NCBI GenBank assembly: GCA_041440805.1
Contig: JASDVF010000050.1
Location: 77,012-141,011, forward strand
Direction: 5' to 3'
DNA length: 64,000 nt
Origin: Myxococcota bacterium
Lineage (GTDB): Bacteria; Myxococcota_A; UBA9160; UBA4427
Shown: positions 1-9,005 of the stretch, in pieces
Position numbering within the stretch: position 1 is the first letter of the stretch
Layout of the letters: each line of letters starts with the position of its first letter
Notes under the pieces: model-generated
Told to the model about the DNA's origin: nothing
What the model saw: only the letters and a program-made list of their open reading frames with translations
The model's database searches: none
Position numbers and translations under genes: made by a program

Positions 1-1
1 C

Positions 2-2008
2 GCCTGGCTTCCGGACGGGCGTCTCGGCGTGTCGACTTGGGATCCCGACGGCGCGGTCTTCGCCATCGATGGCTGGGCAGACCTGAAAGCGTCCCCGAGC
101 ATCGTTCGAATAGCAGAAGGTCTCCACGAGCCGCTCGGGCTCGCGGTCGTCGACGACGGCATCTACGTCATGCAAAAGCACGAGGTGACTCGCCTCCTCG
201 ATCACAACGGAGACGATTGGATCGATGAGTACCGAACCGTCGCGAACGATTGGCCCGTCACGTCCAACTTTCACGAATTTGGCTTCGGTCTAGAAGCCTG
301 GGACGGAGCACTCTACGGCTCCCTTTCGGCCTGTGTCCTAAACGGCGGCAAGAGCTGCCGTGAACAGACCTCGTCGCGGGGTCGCGTTTTTCGCGTGGCG
401 CTCGACGAAGATGAGAATCGACCTAACGCGATCGAGTATCTCGCCTCGGGCTTTCGCACGCCCAATGGCCTCGGCTTCTCGCCAGACGGGGAACTCTTCG
501 TGACCGACAATCAGGGCGACTGGTTACCTTCGAGCAAACTCATTCATGTCGAAAAAGGTCGGCACTACGGATGGCGCGGACCCGGCGTCGAGATCCCCGA
601 CGAAGAAGTCTCGCCCCCAGCACTCTGGCTGCCTCAAAGTGAAATCGGCAACTCCCCAACCGAGCCCCTCTTCCTCACCCGAGGCCCCTACGAGGGACAG
701 GTCATCTTCGGCGACATCTACAATGGTGGCCTTAAGCGTGCCGCTCTCGAACGAATCGACGATACTATGCAAGGAGCCGCATTCCACTTTTCTGGTGGAC
801 TCTTAGGCCCTGTCAATCGCCTGCTCGCGAAGCCCGAGGGCGACGGCTTCGTCGTCGGCCAGGTCGGCAGCCATGGCAATTGGGGCGAACCGGACAAACG
901 CCATTTCGGGATCGAAGTCGTCGACATGGGCGAAGACAAAGCCTTCGAGCCCCTCCGTATGTCGATCCGGTCGGACGGTTTTGAGATCGAATTCACAAGG
1001 CCTCTCGCAAAGGGTTTTGAACTCGCGGGTTCGGACATCGTCTTGCGCGATTGGTTCTATATCCCGTCCCAGATCTACGGCGGACCCAAATACGATCTCC
1101 GAGATCTCCCAATTACGCATGTGCGGCTTTCCGAAGATAGGAAGCAGCTCCGCCTCGTTGTGCCAGACCTGAAAATGGATCGCATCGTCTACCTGCGACT
1201 CCCCGAGTCCATTCGGTCCGAATCGGGAGAGACGCTCTGGGTTCGTGAGGCCTGGTACACCGTCAACGCCATTCCGCCTAACGATGTCTCCTCGGACCTG
1301 AATGACGAACTGCCTGCGACTGCCAACCAGCTCAGCGACGAGGAGCGAAACTCCGGTTGGCGCCTGCTATTTAATGGCAATAACTTCGAAGGGTGGAAAA
1401 TTTACGGCGCCAAGGACGATGCGACCCCGTATTGGGAGATCGACGACGAAGCGTTTCACTTCACGCGGGATGTTTCGTTCGCGGGTCTTATCTGGAACCA
1501 CATCAATCCCTTTACGCCGGGCGCGATCGATCTCATGACCCGCGAAAAATTCAGCGACTTCGAACTCGCGATCGATTGGCGCATCTCTGCTGGCGGCAAT
1601 AGCGGCATCTTCTACCTGGTCCCCAACGAGGAGAGTTCGCTCTCCTGGGATTATGCAGTCGAGATGCAGGTCTTGGATGACGACGCACATCCCGATGGTC
1701 AGATCGATTTGCATCGCGCGGGCGATCTATACGATCTGCAATCCTTAGCGCAGGCTGCGGCGCGACCAGTAGGTGAATGGAATACCGCGCGTATCCGAGT
1801 CGAAGGCGAACGCCTGCAGCATTGGCTGAATGACGTCCCCCTCGCCGACATCGTACGCGGCAGCTCAGCCTGGGACGAAGCCATAGCCGCGAGCAAATTC
1901 GATGGCACCGAAGGATTCGGACGCGCCCGGTCGGGCCACATCGTGTTGCAAGACCACGGCGACCCCGTTTGGTTTCGGAACATCAAGATTCGCGAGATCG
2001 GAAAATAG
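2..2008 (+). CDS. PQQ-dependent sugar (glucose/sorbosone) dehydrogenase-like beta-propeller fused to a C-terminal DUF1080 (3-keto-disaccharide hydrolase-like) domain; 5' end outside window
   Basis: The frame is open from nt 2, so the listed GTG at 29 is probably internal. The N-terminal part has GSDH-type propeller motifs (FRTPNGLGFSPDGELFVTDNQGDWLP, HYGWRGPG). The C-terminal ~200 aa (WKIYG..WEIDDEAFHF..GNSGIFY..EMQVLDD..GHIVLQDHGDPVWFRNIKIREI) matches the DUF1080 signature as I remember it. Confidence 0.7.
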   Translation, partial: AWLPDGRLGVSTWDPDGAVFAIDGWADLKASPSIVRIAEGLHEPLGLAVVDDGIYVMQKHEVTRLLDHNGDDWIDEYRTVANDWPVTSNFHEFGFGLEAWDGALYGSLSACVLNGGKSCREQTSSRGRVFRVALDEDENRPNAIEYLASGFRTPNGLGFSPDGELFVTDNQGDWLPSSKLIHVEKGRHYGWRGPGVEIPDEEVSPPALWLPQSEIGNSPTEPLFLTRGPYEGQVIFGDIYNGGLKRAALERIDDTMQGAAFHFSGGLLGPVNRLLAKPEGDGFVVGQVGSHGNWGEPDKRHFGIEVVDMGEDKAFEPLRMSIRSDGFEIEFTRPLAKGFELAGSDIVLRDWFYIPSQIYGGPKYDLRDLPITHVRLSEDRKQLRLVVPDLKMDRIVYLRLPESIRSESGETLWVREAWYTVNAIPPNDVSSDLNDELPATANQLSDEERNSGWRLLFNGNNFEGWKIYGAKDDATPYWEIDDEAFHFTRDVSFAGLIWNHINPFTPGAIDLMTREKFSDFELAIDWRISAGGNSGIFYLVPNEESSLSWDYAVEMQVLDDDAHPDGQIDLHRAGDLYDLQSLAQAAARPVGEWNTARIRVEGERLQHWLNDVPLADIVRGSSAWDEAIAASKFDGTEGFGRARSGHIVLQDHGDPVWFRNIKIREIGK

Positions 2009-2153
2009 CAGCCTCCGATAGACGTTGTGACCGTTTGTGAGCTCTGTCATTTCCGGTGCGAACGAGCCACTTAGTATCGAAAGAAGGTCGAAGCGAAGAA
2101 GAAGTAGGCCCAGCCTGGTCGCGGGGCCGAGTTCGCTAGACTGGTGGCCCACT

Positions 2154-3212
2154 ATGCAAGCACACTCACCCTCGATCACGACACCCACTCTCGACCTGGT
2201 CATTACCGGGGGCCTATCGATCTTCGCGATGGGAGGACTTCTGCTTTGGTCGGCAGTTTGGGACGGGTCCCTCGACTTCGTGGATGGCGACTGGATTGTG
2301 TTGATGGTGCTCATCAATGCGACCCATTTCATGGCGTCCTACCGGCTCCTCTACGTCTCTCGTGAAGAGGTGTTGGCCAATCGCTGGTCCGCAATCTTTG
2401 TCCCGGCCGGGCTGCTAGGCCTCCTCGCTATCGCGGCAGTAGGTTTCGCCCGCAACGAAATCATCCAGAATCTCGTCTTCGCGAGCTCCGTCTATCTGGC
2501 CTGGCACTACACGGGTCAGGCCTGGGGCATGGTCTCCGCCTTCAGTCGGATTCTTGGCGTCGAGTTCACCCAAATCGAGCGTTATGCGATTCGCGGCGGC
2601 CTGCGGGTCCTGCTCGCGCTGCACGTGCTCTTTTCGCTATCCGGTCGGCTTCCACCTGCAGAGTGGATCGAGCCCGCCCGCTATATCGCCGCCTACGGGG
2701 TCGTTTTCCAAGGGGTTGTCGGCATGGCCGTACTCAGCCTCTTCGCGGGGGGCTGGGCCTTTGTCTCCGCCGCACGACGGGGGCAGAGCATGTCCCCTCG
2801 CATCATCTTCCCCTGGCTCGCACTCTATATCTGGTATCCGTTCTGGTATTTCGTCCCGGGCGGATTTCTCTGGGTGCAGATCTCGCATGCGCTGCAATAC
2901 CTAACGTTCCCTCTGCGGATCGAAGCGAATCGATATTCAGCGTCAGCGGCTAACGCGCGCACGCCCTCGCAGATTGGCCGCCATGTAGCGCTCACCTTCG
3001 CTGGGATCGCTCTGGCCGGCGGGGTATTTCTTCACGGACCGCCACTCGCAGCTATGGCCCTCGGTGAAGGCTGGTATTCGAACGATACGGCACGCGTTCT
3101 GTTTCAGGGATTCATCTCCTGCGTCGCGATTCATCACTACTTCATCGACGGTGCAATCTGGAAGCTCAGCAACCCAAAGGTGCGGGGCGAACTCTTCAGC
3201 CATCTTCGCTAG
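2154..3212 (+). CDS. Multi-pass integral membrane protein, unknown function
   Basis: Repeated hydrophobic helices (LVITGGLSIFAMGGLLLW, IFVPAGLLGLLAIAAVGF, LALYIWYPFWYFVPGGFLWVQISHALQYL). ATG 2154 is preferred over the listed 2037 because the first 39 codons are Arg/Ser-rich. No family recognised. Confidence 0.5.
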   Translation: MQAHSPSITTPTLDLVITGGLSIFAMGGLLLWSAVWDGSLDFVDGDWIVLMVLINATHFMASYRLLYVSREEVLANRWSAIFVPAGLLGLLAIAAVGFARNEIIQNLVFASSVYLAWHYTGQAWGMVSAFSRILGVEFTQIERYAIRGGLRVLLALHVLFSLSGRLPPAEWIEPARYIAAYGVVFQGVVGMAVLSLFAGGWAFVSAARRGQSMSPRIIFPWLALYIWYPFWYFVPGGFLWVQISHALQYLTFPLRIEANRYSASAANARTPSQIGRHVALTFAGIALAGGVFLHGPPLAAMALGEGWYSNDTARVLFQGFISCVAIHHYFIDGAIWKLSNPKVRGELFSHLR

Positions 3213-3250
3213 CCCATAAACCCAATCATTCCAGAACTCGAGGGACCCCC

Positions 3251-4129
3251 ATGAATATCAAAGGCGAACCGGCACTCGTCGGCAAACACTGCGGCTCGAG
3301 CGTCTACACCATCGATAAAGAGACTGTCGCCTTTTATCAAAGTGCTCTCGGTGACGAACATCCGCTTCATGAGCGTTATGCGCCGCCGCTGCTTCATCAT
3401 TCTGAATGCTACGAGTTTGTCGGCGACTGGTATCTCGCGAATCTCTTCGGAAACCTCCACGGCCAGCAGGACTGGTCGATGTTCGCACCGATCCCCATAG
3501 GCTCTCGCGTCCGGACACGATCCACGATCATCGACCGTTATTCACGGCGCGGTCGCGATTGGGTTGTCAATGAAACAGACCTCATGAGCGCCGAACCCGG
3601 CGAAGAGGGAAAGCTGCTCGTGCGCGGCCGCACCTTTCAGTCCTTCCTTCCTCCGAAGGATGATCAGGAGGTCGGAGGATTCGTTGTCGACGAAAAGAGT
3701 GCCGCCAAGAAGCCCCCTCGACCGCCCTTCCCGACCACCGAAGGCCCCGACCTAGGCTCCGTCGAGAAAGTCATCGACGATCGACGCTGTTGGATGTTCT
3801 CAGGACCGGCCAAGAACTATCACACGGACCGAGAAGAGGCGAAGAAGCTTGGCTTCCCGACCATCGTCGTCCAAGGCATGATGTCTACCTGCTTCGTCTC
3901 CCAAGTCATGCAGGATCACTTCGGAATGGGCTGGCTCGCAGGCGGGCGGATGTCCGTCAAGCTCACCAACGTTCTTTGGGTCGATGAAACCGTGACGGCC
4001 CGCGCCCGCGTGCGGGACGAAACTCGCGAAGGCACCGAGACCCGTGTCCATTGTGATGTATGGGTCGAAAAGACCGATGGCACCCGCGTGATTTTAGGGG
4101 ACGCCTCAGCAATCAAGGATTCGGACTAA
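3251..4129 (+). CDS. MaoC-like (R)-hydratase/dehydratase, double hot-dog
   Basis: The C-terminal half carries a MaoC-type motif (YHTDREEAKKLGFPTIVVQGMMSTCF). The N-terminal half looks like a second hot-dog repeat. Confidence 0.7.
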   Translation: MNIKGEPALVGKHCGSSVYTIDKETVAFYQSALGDEHPLHERYAPPLLHHSECYEFVGDWYLANLFGNLHGQQDWSMFAPIPIGSRVRTRSTIIDRYSRRGRDWVVNETDLMSAEPGEEGKLLVRGRTFQSFLPPKDDQEVGGFVVDEKSAAKKPPRPPFPTTEGPDLGSVEKVIDDRRCWMFSGPAKNYHTDREEAKKLGFPTIVVQGMMSTCFVSQVMQDHFGMGWLAGGRMSVKLTNVLWVDETVTARARVRDETREGTETRVHCDVWVEKTDGTRVILGDASAIKDSD

Positions 4130-4160
4130 CAACTCGCGATCCCATCCGGCCCAAACTCAA

Positions 4161-5429
4161 TCACATTTTGCGCAAGGTCTTCCATCCAAAGACGAGTATG
4201 CAGGAGAGCAGGATCGTCGGAATCGCTCCAAAGATGCCAACCGCAACCTGATCGCCGAGCTGGTCTGCCAGGCCACCTACTATAAACCCACCCACGAAGC
4301 CAAGCTGAGCGAGGGTGAACACCATGCTCAATACACGGCCCCGCATTTCCTCGGGGACCGCGAGCTGGAACCCGATCAGGGCGCAGATATGCCACGCCTG
4401 TCCGGAAATGCCGAGCCAGAACTCGACTGCCAGGATGTATTCGAACGAGAACGCGAAGGAATACATCAGGACGCCGATCGCGTAGAGCAGCATCGTCCCC
4501 GTGATCAGCACGCCGAAATTTCGACTCGGCGGCCGCAGTGTCAGGAAAAGAGCCGCGAGCATAGTGCCGCCTCCGTGAAACACGGACATCATGCCGAACG
4601 CATCCGCACCCGCCCCAAAGACGTGCCGAGCATAGATCACTCGCATCGGGCTGATCGCTCCGTTGAAGAGCGCCATCGCACAGGCCGCGAGCGCCAATAG
4701 CAGATGCGGGCGTGCCCTAACATACGCGAGCCCCTCAACCAGATCCGATCGCAGCGAGGTGCGCTCCTTCCGTTCCGCATGCCCCGGAATCGGAATCGTG
4801 AGCAGCAATAGTGCCGCCAGAACGACGCCGACCGCGGCCGCGAAATACGTCGATACGACGCCGAGCTCCTTGATCAAGAGCCCTGCAAGCGCGGCGCCGC
4901 CTATCGTCCCAACGGAGCCTCCGATCGCGTTCAGCGAAATTGCGTGATCGGTTCGGTTGCGGCCCACAACGTCCACGACATAGGTCTGCGCCGCCGGACC
5001 TAAGAGCGCCGCCAAGGTGCCCCCAACGATCGCCATCACGAGCAAATGCCAGTATTCGATCACACCTCCATAGGCCAGCAGTCCCATGGATATTGCAACC
5101 ACGGCGACGCCTAACCGGCCGAAGATCATTAGGTTTCGCTTTGGATGGCGATCGACGATCACGCCTGCAAAGGGCGATGCGAGCGCGATCGTTCCGCCTT
5201 GCACAAACGCTAAGAAGCCGACCGCTATACGCAGATCGGTTAGCGAGGTCACCAACCACTGCATCGCCAAGAAGAGCACGTGGAAACAAATGAACTGGAT
5301 TAGGTTCGAGGACCAGAGCATCCCGTAATGCGGCAACCGGAAAGTCGCTATTGCTTGCGCGGCCCCACTTGCGGACACCTCCGTCTCGGAGACATTTTGG
5401 TCATCATTCGAATTCGGGGACAAGAACAC
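4161..5429 (-). CDS. MFS transporter
   Basis: 422 aa with a roughly 12-helix hydrophobic profile and an MFS-type cytoplasmic loop (GVIVDRHPKRNLMIFG). Confidence 0.8.
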   Translation of the reverse strand: MFLSPNSNDDQNVSETEVSASGAAQAIATFRLPHYGMLWSSNLIQFICFHVLFLAMQWLVTSLTDLRIAVGFLAFVQGGTIALASPFAGVIVDRHPKRNLMIFGRLGVAVVAISMGLLAYGGVIEYWHLLVMAIVGGTLAALLGPAAQTYVVDVVGRNRTDHAISLNAIGGSVGTIGGAALAGLLIKELGVVSTYFAAAVGVVLAALLLLTIPIPGHAERKERTSLRSDLVEGLAYVRARPHLLLALAACAMALFNGAISPMRVIYARHVFGAGADAFGMMSVFHGGGTMLAALFLTLRPPSRNFGVLITGTMLLYAIGVLMYSFAFSFEYILAVEFWLGISGQAWHICALIGFQLAVPEEMRGRVLSMVFTLAQLGFVGGFIVGGLADQLGDQVAVGIFGAIPTILLSCILVFGWKTLRKM

Positions 5430-5465
5430 TCCGGCGCAGGGGAGGCGTGAGCATAGACGCTTCGA

Positions 5466-6365
5466 CTAGCTCTCAGTAGAGCCTTCCATCGCCCGCCGAA
5501 GAGCCGGGTAGTCCTCGCATCCCGTCGCCGGAGTCACGATTTCGTTCCATCGCGACGTCCACGCCTCTCGAACGGCCGGCGTCATCTCGGCCCGGGGTCC
5601 CAAGGTTTTTCCCTCGCGAACCTTCGTGCTGCCTGCACCTTCGGGCAGGTTCATCGCGGAGTTGCGGTGCCTCTTAAGAAGGACATCCTCCCAGAGCGTC
5701 GGGTACCCCTTCATGAAATCGAGCTCGGCTTGGCGCGTCGCAAGTTCGATTCTCTCTTCATCACGAGCAAGATCCAAGAAATCGCTCACTCGTCTGACCG
5801 CAACAGTAAGATTCTCAACCACCGTCTCGTAACAAAGTGGAAGCACCTCGGGATCGTCCTTGTGCGCCCACCACGAGACGAGATGGTCCCAATAGTGATG
5901 CCGGCCATCGCGGGACAGAACGAAGTCCAGCGCGAACTCTTCGAACCCAATACTGCCGGGTTCAAAGAACCAGCCCGAAAAGAAGTGGTAGTGCGAGACG
6001 ATCACGGATTCAGGATCTCGGACAACCCAAATCGCGCGGCCTCCCTTAGGCAAAGCACCCCAGTCGAGATGGGTCTTGAAGGCACGCGGCTCGGCGCGCT
6101 GTGCAGCCGTCGCATCGATCCCTGTATCGACGGCCAACTCGATCCAAGGAACGACTTCCGAGATGTCTTCGAAGTCCATATCACCCCCCGTGCGCAGCCC
6201 ATGCACGATCTGCTGCAAGAGCGTCGTTCCGCTTTTCGCGAAGGTGGCTATGAACACATCCGTCGGCCGCGGCTGAAACGAAAGCCCCGCGAGCATGCCC
6301 TCACGCGTTGCGAAGCCCGCGAGTGCTTTCAGGAGTCCATCTACTGTTGTCGGTAAGCGGTACAT
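5466..6365 (-). CDS. PAPS-dependent sulfotransferase (Sulfotransfer_1-like)
   Basis: 5'-PSB-like motif TFAKSGTTLLQQIV and 3'-PB-like motif RDPESVIVSHYHF. Confidence 0.8.
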   Translation of the reverse strand: MYRLPTTVDGLLKALAGFATREGMLAGLSFQPRPTDVFIATFAKSGTTLLQQIVHGLRTGGDMDFEDISEVVPWIELAVDTGIDATAAQRAEPRAFKTHLDWGALPKGGRAIWVVRDPESVIVSHYHFFSGWFFEPGSIGFEEFALDFVLSRDGRHHYWDHLVSWWAHKDDPEVLPLCYETVVENLTVAVRRVSDFLDLARDEERIELATRQAELDFMKGYPTLWEDVLLKRHRNSAMNLPEGAGSTKVREGKTLGPRAEMTPAVREAWTSRWNEIVTPATGCEDYPALRRAMEGSTES

Positions 6366-6401
6366 CGAGAGATCTGGCCCTTTCGCGAATGAGTCTGCGA
6401 A

Positions 6402-7763
6402 TCAGTGGAACTCGATGCTGTCGGGAAGCGCCGATCCTGTAGCTTGATCGGCCAGAGGCTCGATCATGAAATAGGGGCGTTCAAAGACACTCCGGTCGCC
6501 ATTAGGCGCGAAGGTCGACGAGAAGGAACGAAAGACGAGGCCCTCAACGATCCCCTGGGCCAGATGCGGCGAGTAGCTGTTATTGAAAAGAATGTCGCCA
6601 GGCATGCTCTCATGCTGTTCGCCATCGACTCCGTAGATTACAGGGCCGCTTAACACATAGTAGAATTCGGGAATCACGTGACTATGCTCGACATAGGTCG
6701 ACCGCGCGCCCCACGCAGATTCAGAGAAGTTAAAATCCCAACGCCCATCGGGCCGGCTTGCTCGGAAGATCGCCTTGTGACGCGCGATCTGAATCATCTG
6801 CTCCGCGACTTCCAAGAGCGAGCCAAGATCATCCGAGAAAAAGAATCCGCCCTCCTTTAGAGTCTCGGCCGAAAGCCAAGAAATTTTGCTGTCGTGCCCA
6901 AATACGGAAACGCCGGGATAGAGCGGCTCATCCACATTGAAGGCCGCTTTCGCTGCGCGAAGACCGAAGGCCGCATCAGCGTATACCGGAACCGCTGCCG
7001 AAGGCGTGGAGTTCACAGCAGCCTCGACCGGACCATAGGCCTCGTCCACTCCGCCCCAGAAAAGATAGCCGTCTTCGAATTTCGCCTGCTCGGGCTGAAC
7101 ATGCTGATTCGCGCCTGTTAGGTAGTAGCCGGCATCAATATACGACTGGTCGCCTCCCGGAGCCCAACGGATCCACAACAAACGAAGAGGTTCCTCCGCC
7201 GAGGCTTCCAAACTTCGCACGACATAAGGCTCGAGCTTCACTGTAGATCCCGTCGTCACGCGAGCGTTTTCGTTCCCGACACGAATCTCTCCGCGTCCCG
7301 AGATCACGATATACGCACCCGGCGCACCATCGGCATGCCCCGGTAGGACGGCCTCTGGTCCAAGCACCAGCTGACTGATTTTGAGATCGGGATGATCGAA
7401 GGCCAGCCGCAAACGCATCGCGCCTTTAAGCTGCTCGACACGGTCCGGTGTCGACTCTCGAAGCCCGTCCCAATCGATTGGGAACAGATTTTCCAGATCG
7501 CCCCATGGCGTTCCCGTCGTTTGATGACGCGCGCCGTAGCGCGGAAGGGGCCGCGGCGAATCAGGATCAGCCATGTCGCGTTCGCGGCGCTCCCTGAATT
7601 CCGCGTACTTGTAGCCGTAGGGGTCATTTGGGTCATCGATCGCTGTGTAGATCGCGGGGTCCACTTCATCGGCCGCGACCCCCGCCGACATCTCAGCCTC
7701 GTCGCCAGGCTGACCGAGCATCGCGCAGCCTCCGAGAAGAAACAGAAGCGATCCGGAAGCCAT
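6402..7763 (-). CDS. Bicupin-domain lipoprotein, unknown substrate
   Basis: Lipobox LLFLLGGC directly after ATG 7763; the listed start 7859 is an alternative. Two cupin-like barrels (GHADGAPGAYIVISGRGEIRV; HSHVIPEFYYVLSGPVIYGVDGE). Confidence 0.6.
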   Translation of the reverse strand: MASGSLLFLLGGCAMLGQPGDEAEMSAGVAADEVDPAIYTAIDDPNDPYGYKYAEFRERRERDMADPDSPRPLPRYGARHQTTGTPWGDLENLFPIDWDGLRESTPDRVEQLKGAMRLRLAFDHPDLKISQLVLGPEAVLPGHADGAPGAYIVISGRGEIRVGNENARVTTGSTVKLEPYVVRSLEASAEEPLRLLWIRWAPGGDQSYIDAGYYLTGANQHVQPEQAKFEDGYLFWGGVDEAYGPVEAAVNSTPSAAVPVYADAAFGLRAAKAAFNVDEPLYPGVSVFGHDSKISWLSAETLKEGGFFFSDDLGSLLEVAEQMIQIARHKAIFRASRPDGRWDFNFSESAWGARSTYVEHSHVIPEFYYVLSGPVIYGVDGEQHESMPGDILFNNSYSPHLAQGIVEGLVFRSFSSTFAPNGDRSVFERPYFMIEPLADQATGSALPDSIEFH

Positions 7764-7942
7764 AAAGTTCGGAAATCGGCTCGTAAACGAAGTTAATGAG
7801 ATCACTAGGGCCCCGGCACCGCGGGATGCGGTCTTCGCGTCGCATCGTCGCACGAGCATCCTCTTATGTCATGCCACGACTCCCAATCCGGTACCGCTGG
7901 TCAGCTTCGCCATTTTGTGGAAAGGTCATTGATGGAGGGCCT

Positions 7943-8944
7943 ATGTCATCGACCGCACTCGCTGCACCCAGCCATAGCTACCGCAGCGAAGAAGATCTCC
8001 AAGAGCAGTACCACGCACAGGGTTGGACCGACGGTCTCCCGATCGTCGCCCCTACGCCGGATCGCGTCGAAGCCTTCCTCGCGGAAGCGGGCCTGGCCCC
8101 AGATCTCCTCCTGGGTGAAGTCCCAACCCGCGAAGTTCGGGTCACGGCTGAACACGCCGCCATCAATGCAGTGATGGCGGGTTGCCGCCCCGAATATTTC
8201 CCCGTCGTCGTGGCCGCCCTTCGCGCGCACCTCCACGAGAAGGGCAACTGCCATAGCACGACCGGCACGCTATCCGGCGCAGTACAGACCGTGTTAGTCA
8301 ATGGCCCCATTAGAACAAGAATTGGCATCGAATGCGGTGCTGGATGCATGGGCCCGGGCTTCCGCGCCAACGCCACAATCGGACGCGCACTCCGCCTCGT
8401 GATTCGCAACGTGTGTCGCGCCATCCCCGGTGTACTGGACCGCGCAAGTTTCTCGAGTCCCCATCGCTTCAGCTTCTGTTTTGGTGAGAACGAAGAAGAG
8501 AGCAACTGGACGCCTCTCCACGTCGAACGTGGCTATCAGCTTGCTCAGAGCACAGTCACTGTTCACTCCGTCATGACCGTGACTTCCACGATCGACTTCA
8601 CCTCGCGCACCCCGGAAGCCCTGCTCGATTCGATGCTCCACACTCTTAGACAAAACGGAATTGCAGGGGACGATTTCGTCGGCGACGACGCCAACGTGAT
8701 GCTCGTCGTCGGCCCCGAACATCGCCGCTATTTCGACCGCGCCGGTTGGTCCAAGGAAGACATGCGCGACTACCTCTTCCCCCGGTTCGCAGAAGACCCG
8801 GGTCCGACTGGACGAATCGTCGGGCTCCCGCGCAAGGACGGAATTCTGATTGCTGCAGCCGGCGGCGACGGCATGGCTCAGACTTGGGTGTTGTTGCCGC
8901 ATCTCGCTGTCGCCATAACAGAAGCGATCGACGTACCGAACTAA
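7943..8944 (+). CDS. Uncharacterised conserved protein, partner of UGSC selenoprotein (copy 1)
   Basis: 333 codons from ATG 7943, with GGAGG 5-9 nt upstream. Paralog of 31294-32415, sharing the blocks GW(T/G)DGLP(I/L)V.PT..RVEAFL, A(I/V)NAVMAGCRP, GPG(F/C)RANA..GRALRLV and GPEH. No family name recognised. Confidence 0.7.
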   Translation: MSSTALAAPSHSYRSEEDLQEQYHAQGWTDGLPIVAPTPDRVEAFLAEAGLAPDLLLGEVPTREVRVTAEHAAINAVMAGCRPEYFPVVVAALRAHLHEKGNCHSTTGTLSGAVQTVLVNGPIRTRIGIECGAGCMGPGFRANATIGRALRLVIRNVCRAIPGVLDRASFSSPHRFSFCFGENEEESNWTPLHVERGYQLAQSTVTVHSVMTVTSTIDFTSRTPEALLDSMLHTLRQNGIAGDDFVGDDANVMLVVGPEHRRYFDRAGWSKEDMRDYLFPRFAEDPGPTGRIVGLPRKDGILIAAAGGDGMAQTWVLLPHLAVAITEAIDVPN

Positions 8945-9005
8945 TACGCACATCAGCCGCCGCCGGAAAGCCAATATTCCCGTCAACTTCATGAAGGAAT
9001 TAGCC

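Noticed and set aside
4735-6356. Long antisense ORFs inside the MFS and sulfotransferase genes (4735-5289, 5667-6356)
   Set aside because: They have an antisense Arg/Pro-rich composition, and the opposite strand carries clear family motifs.
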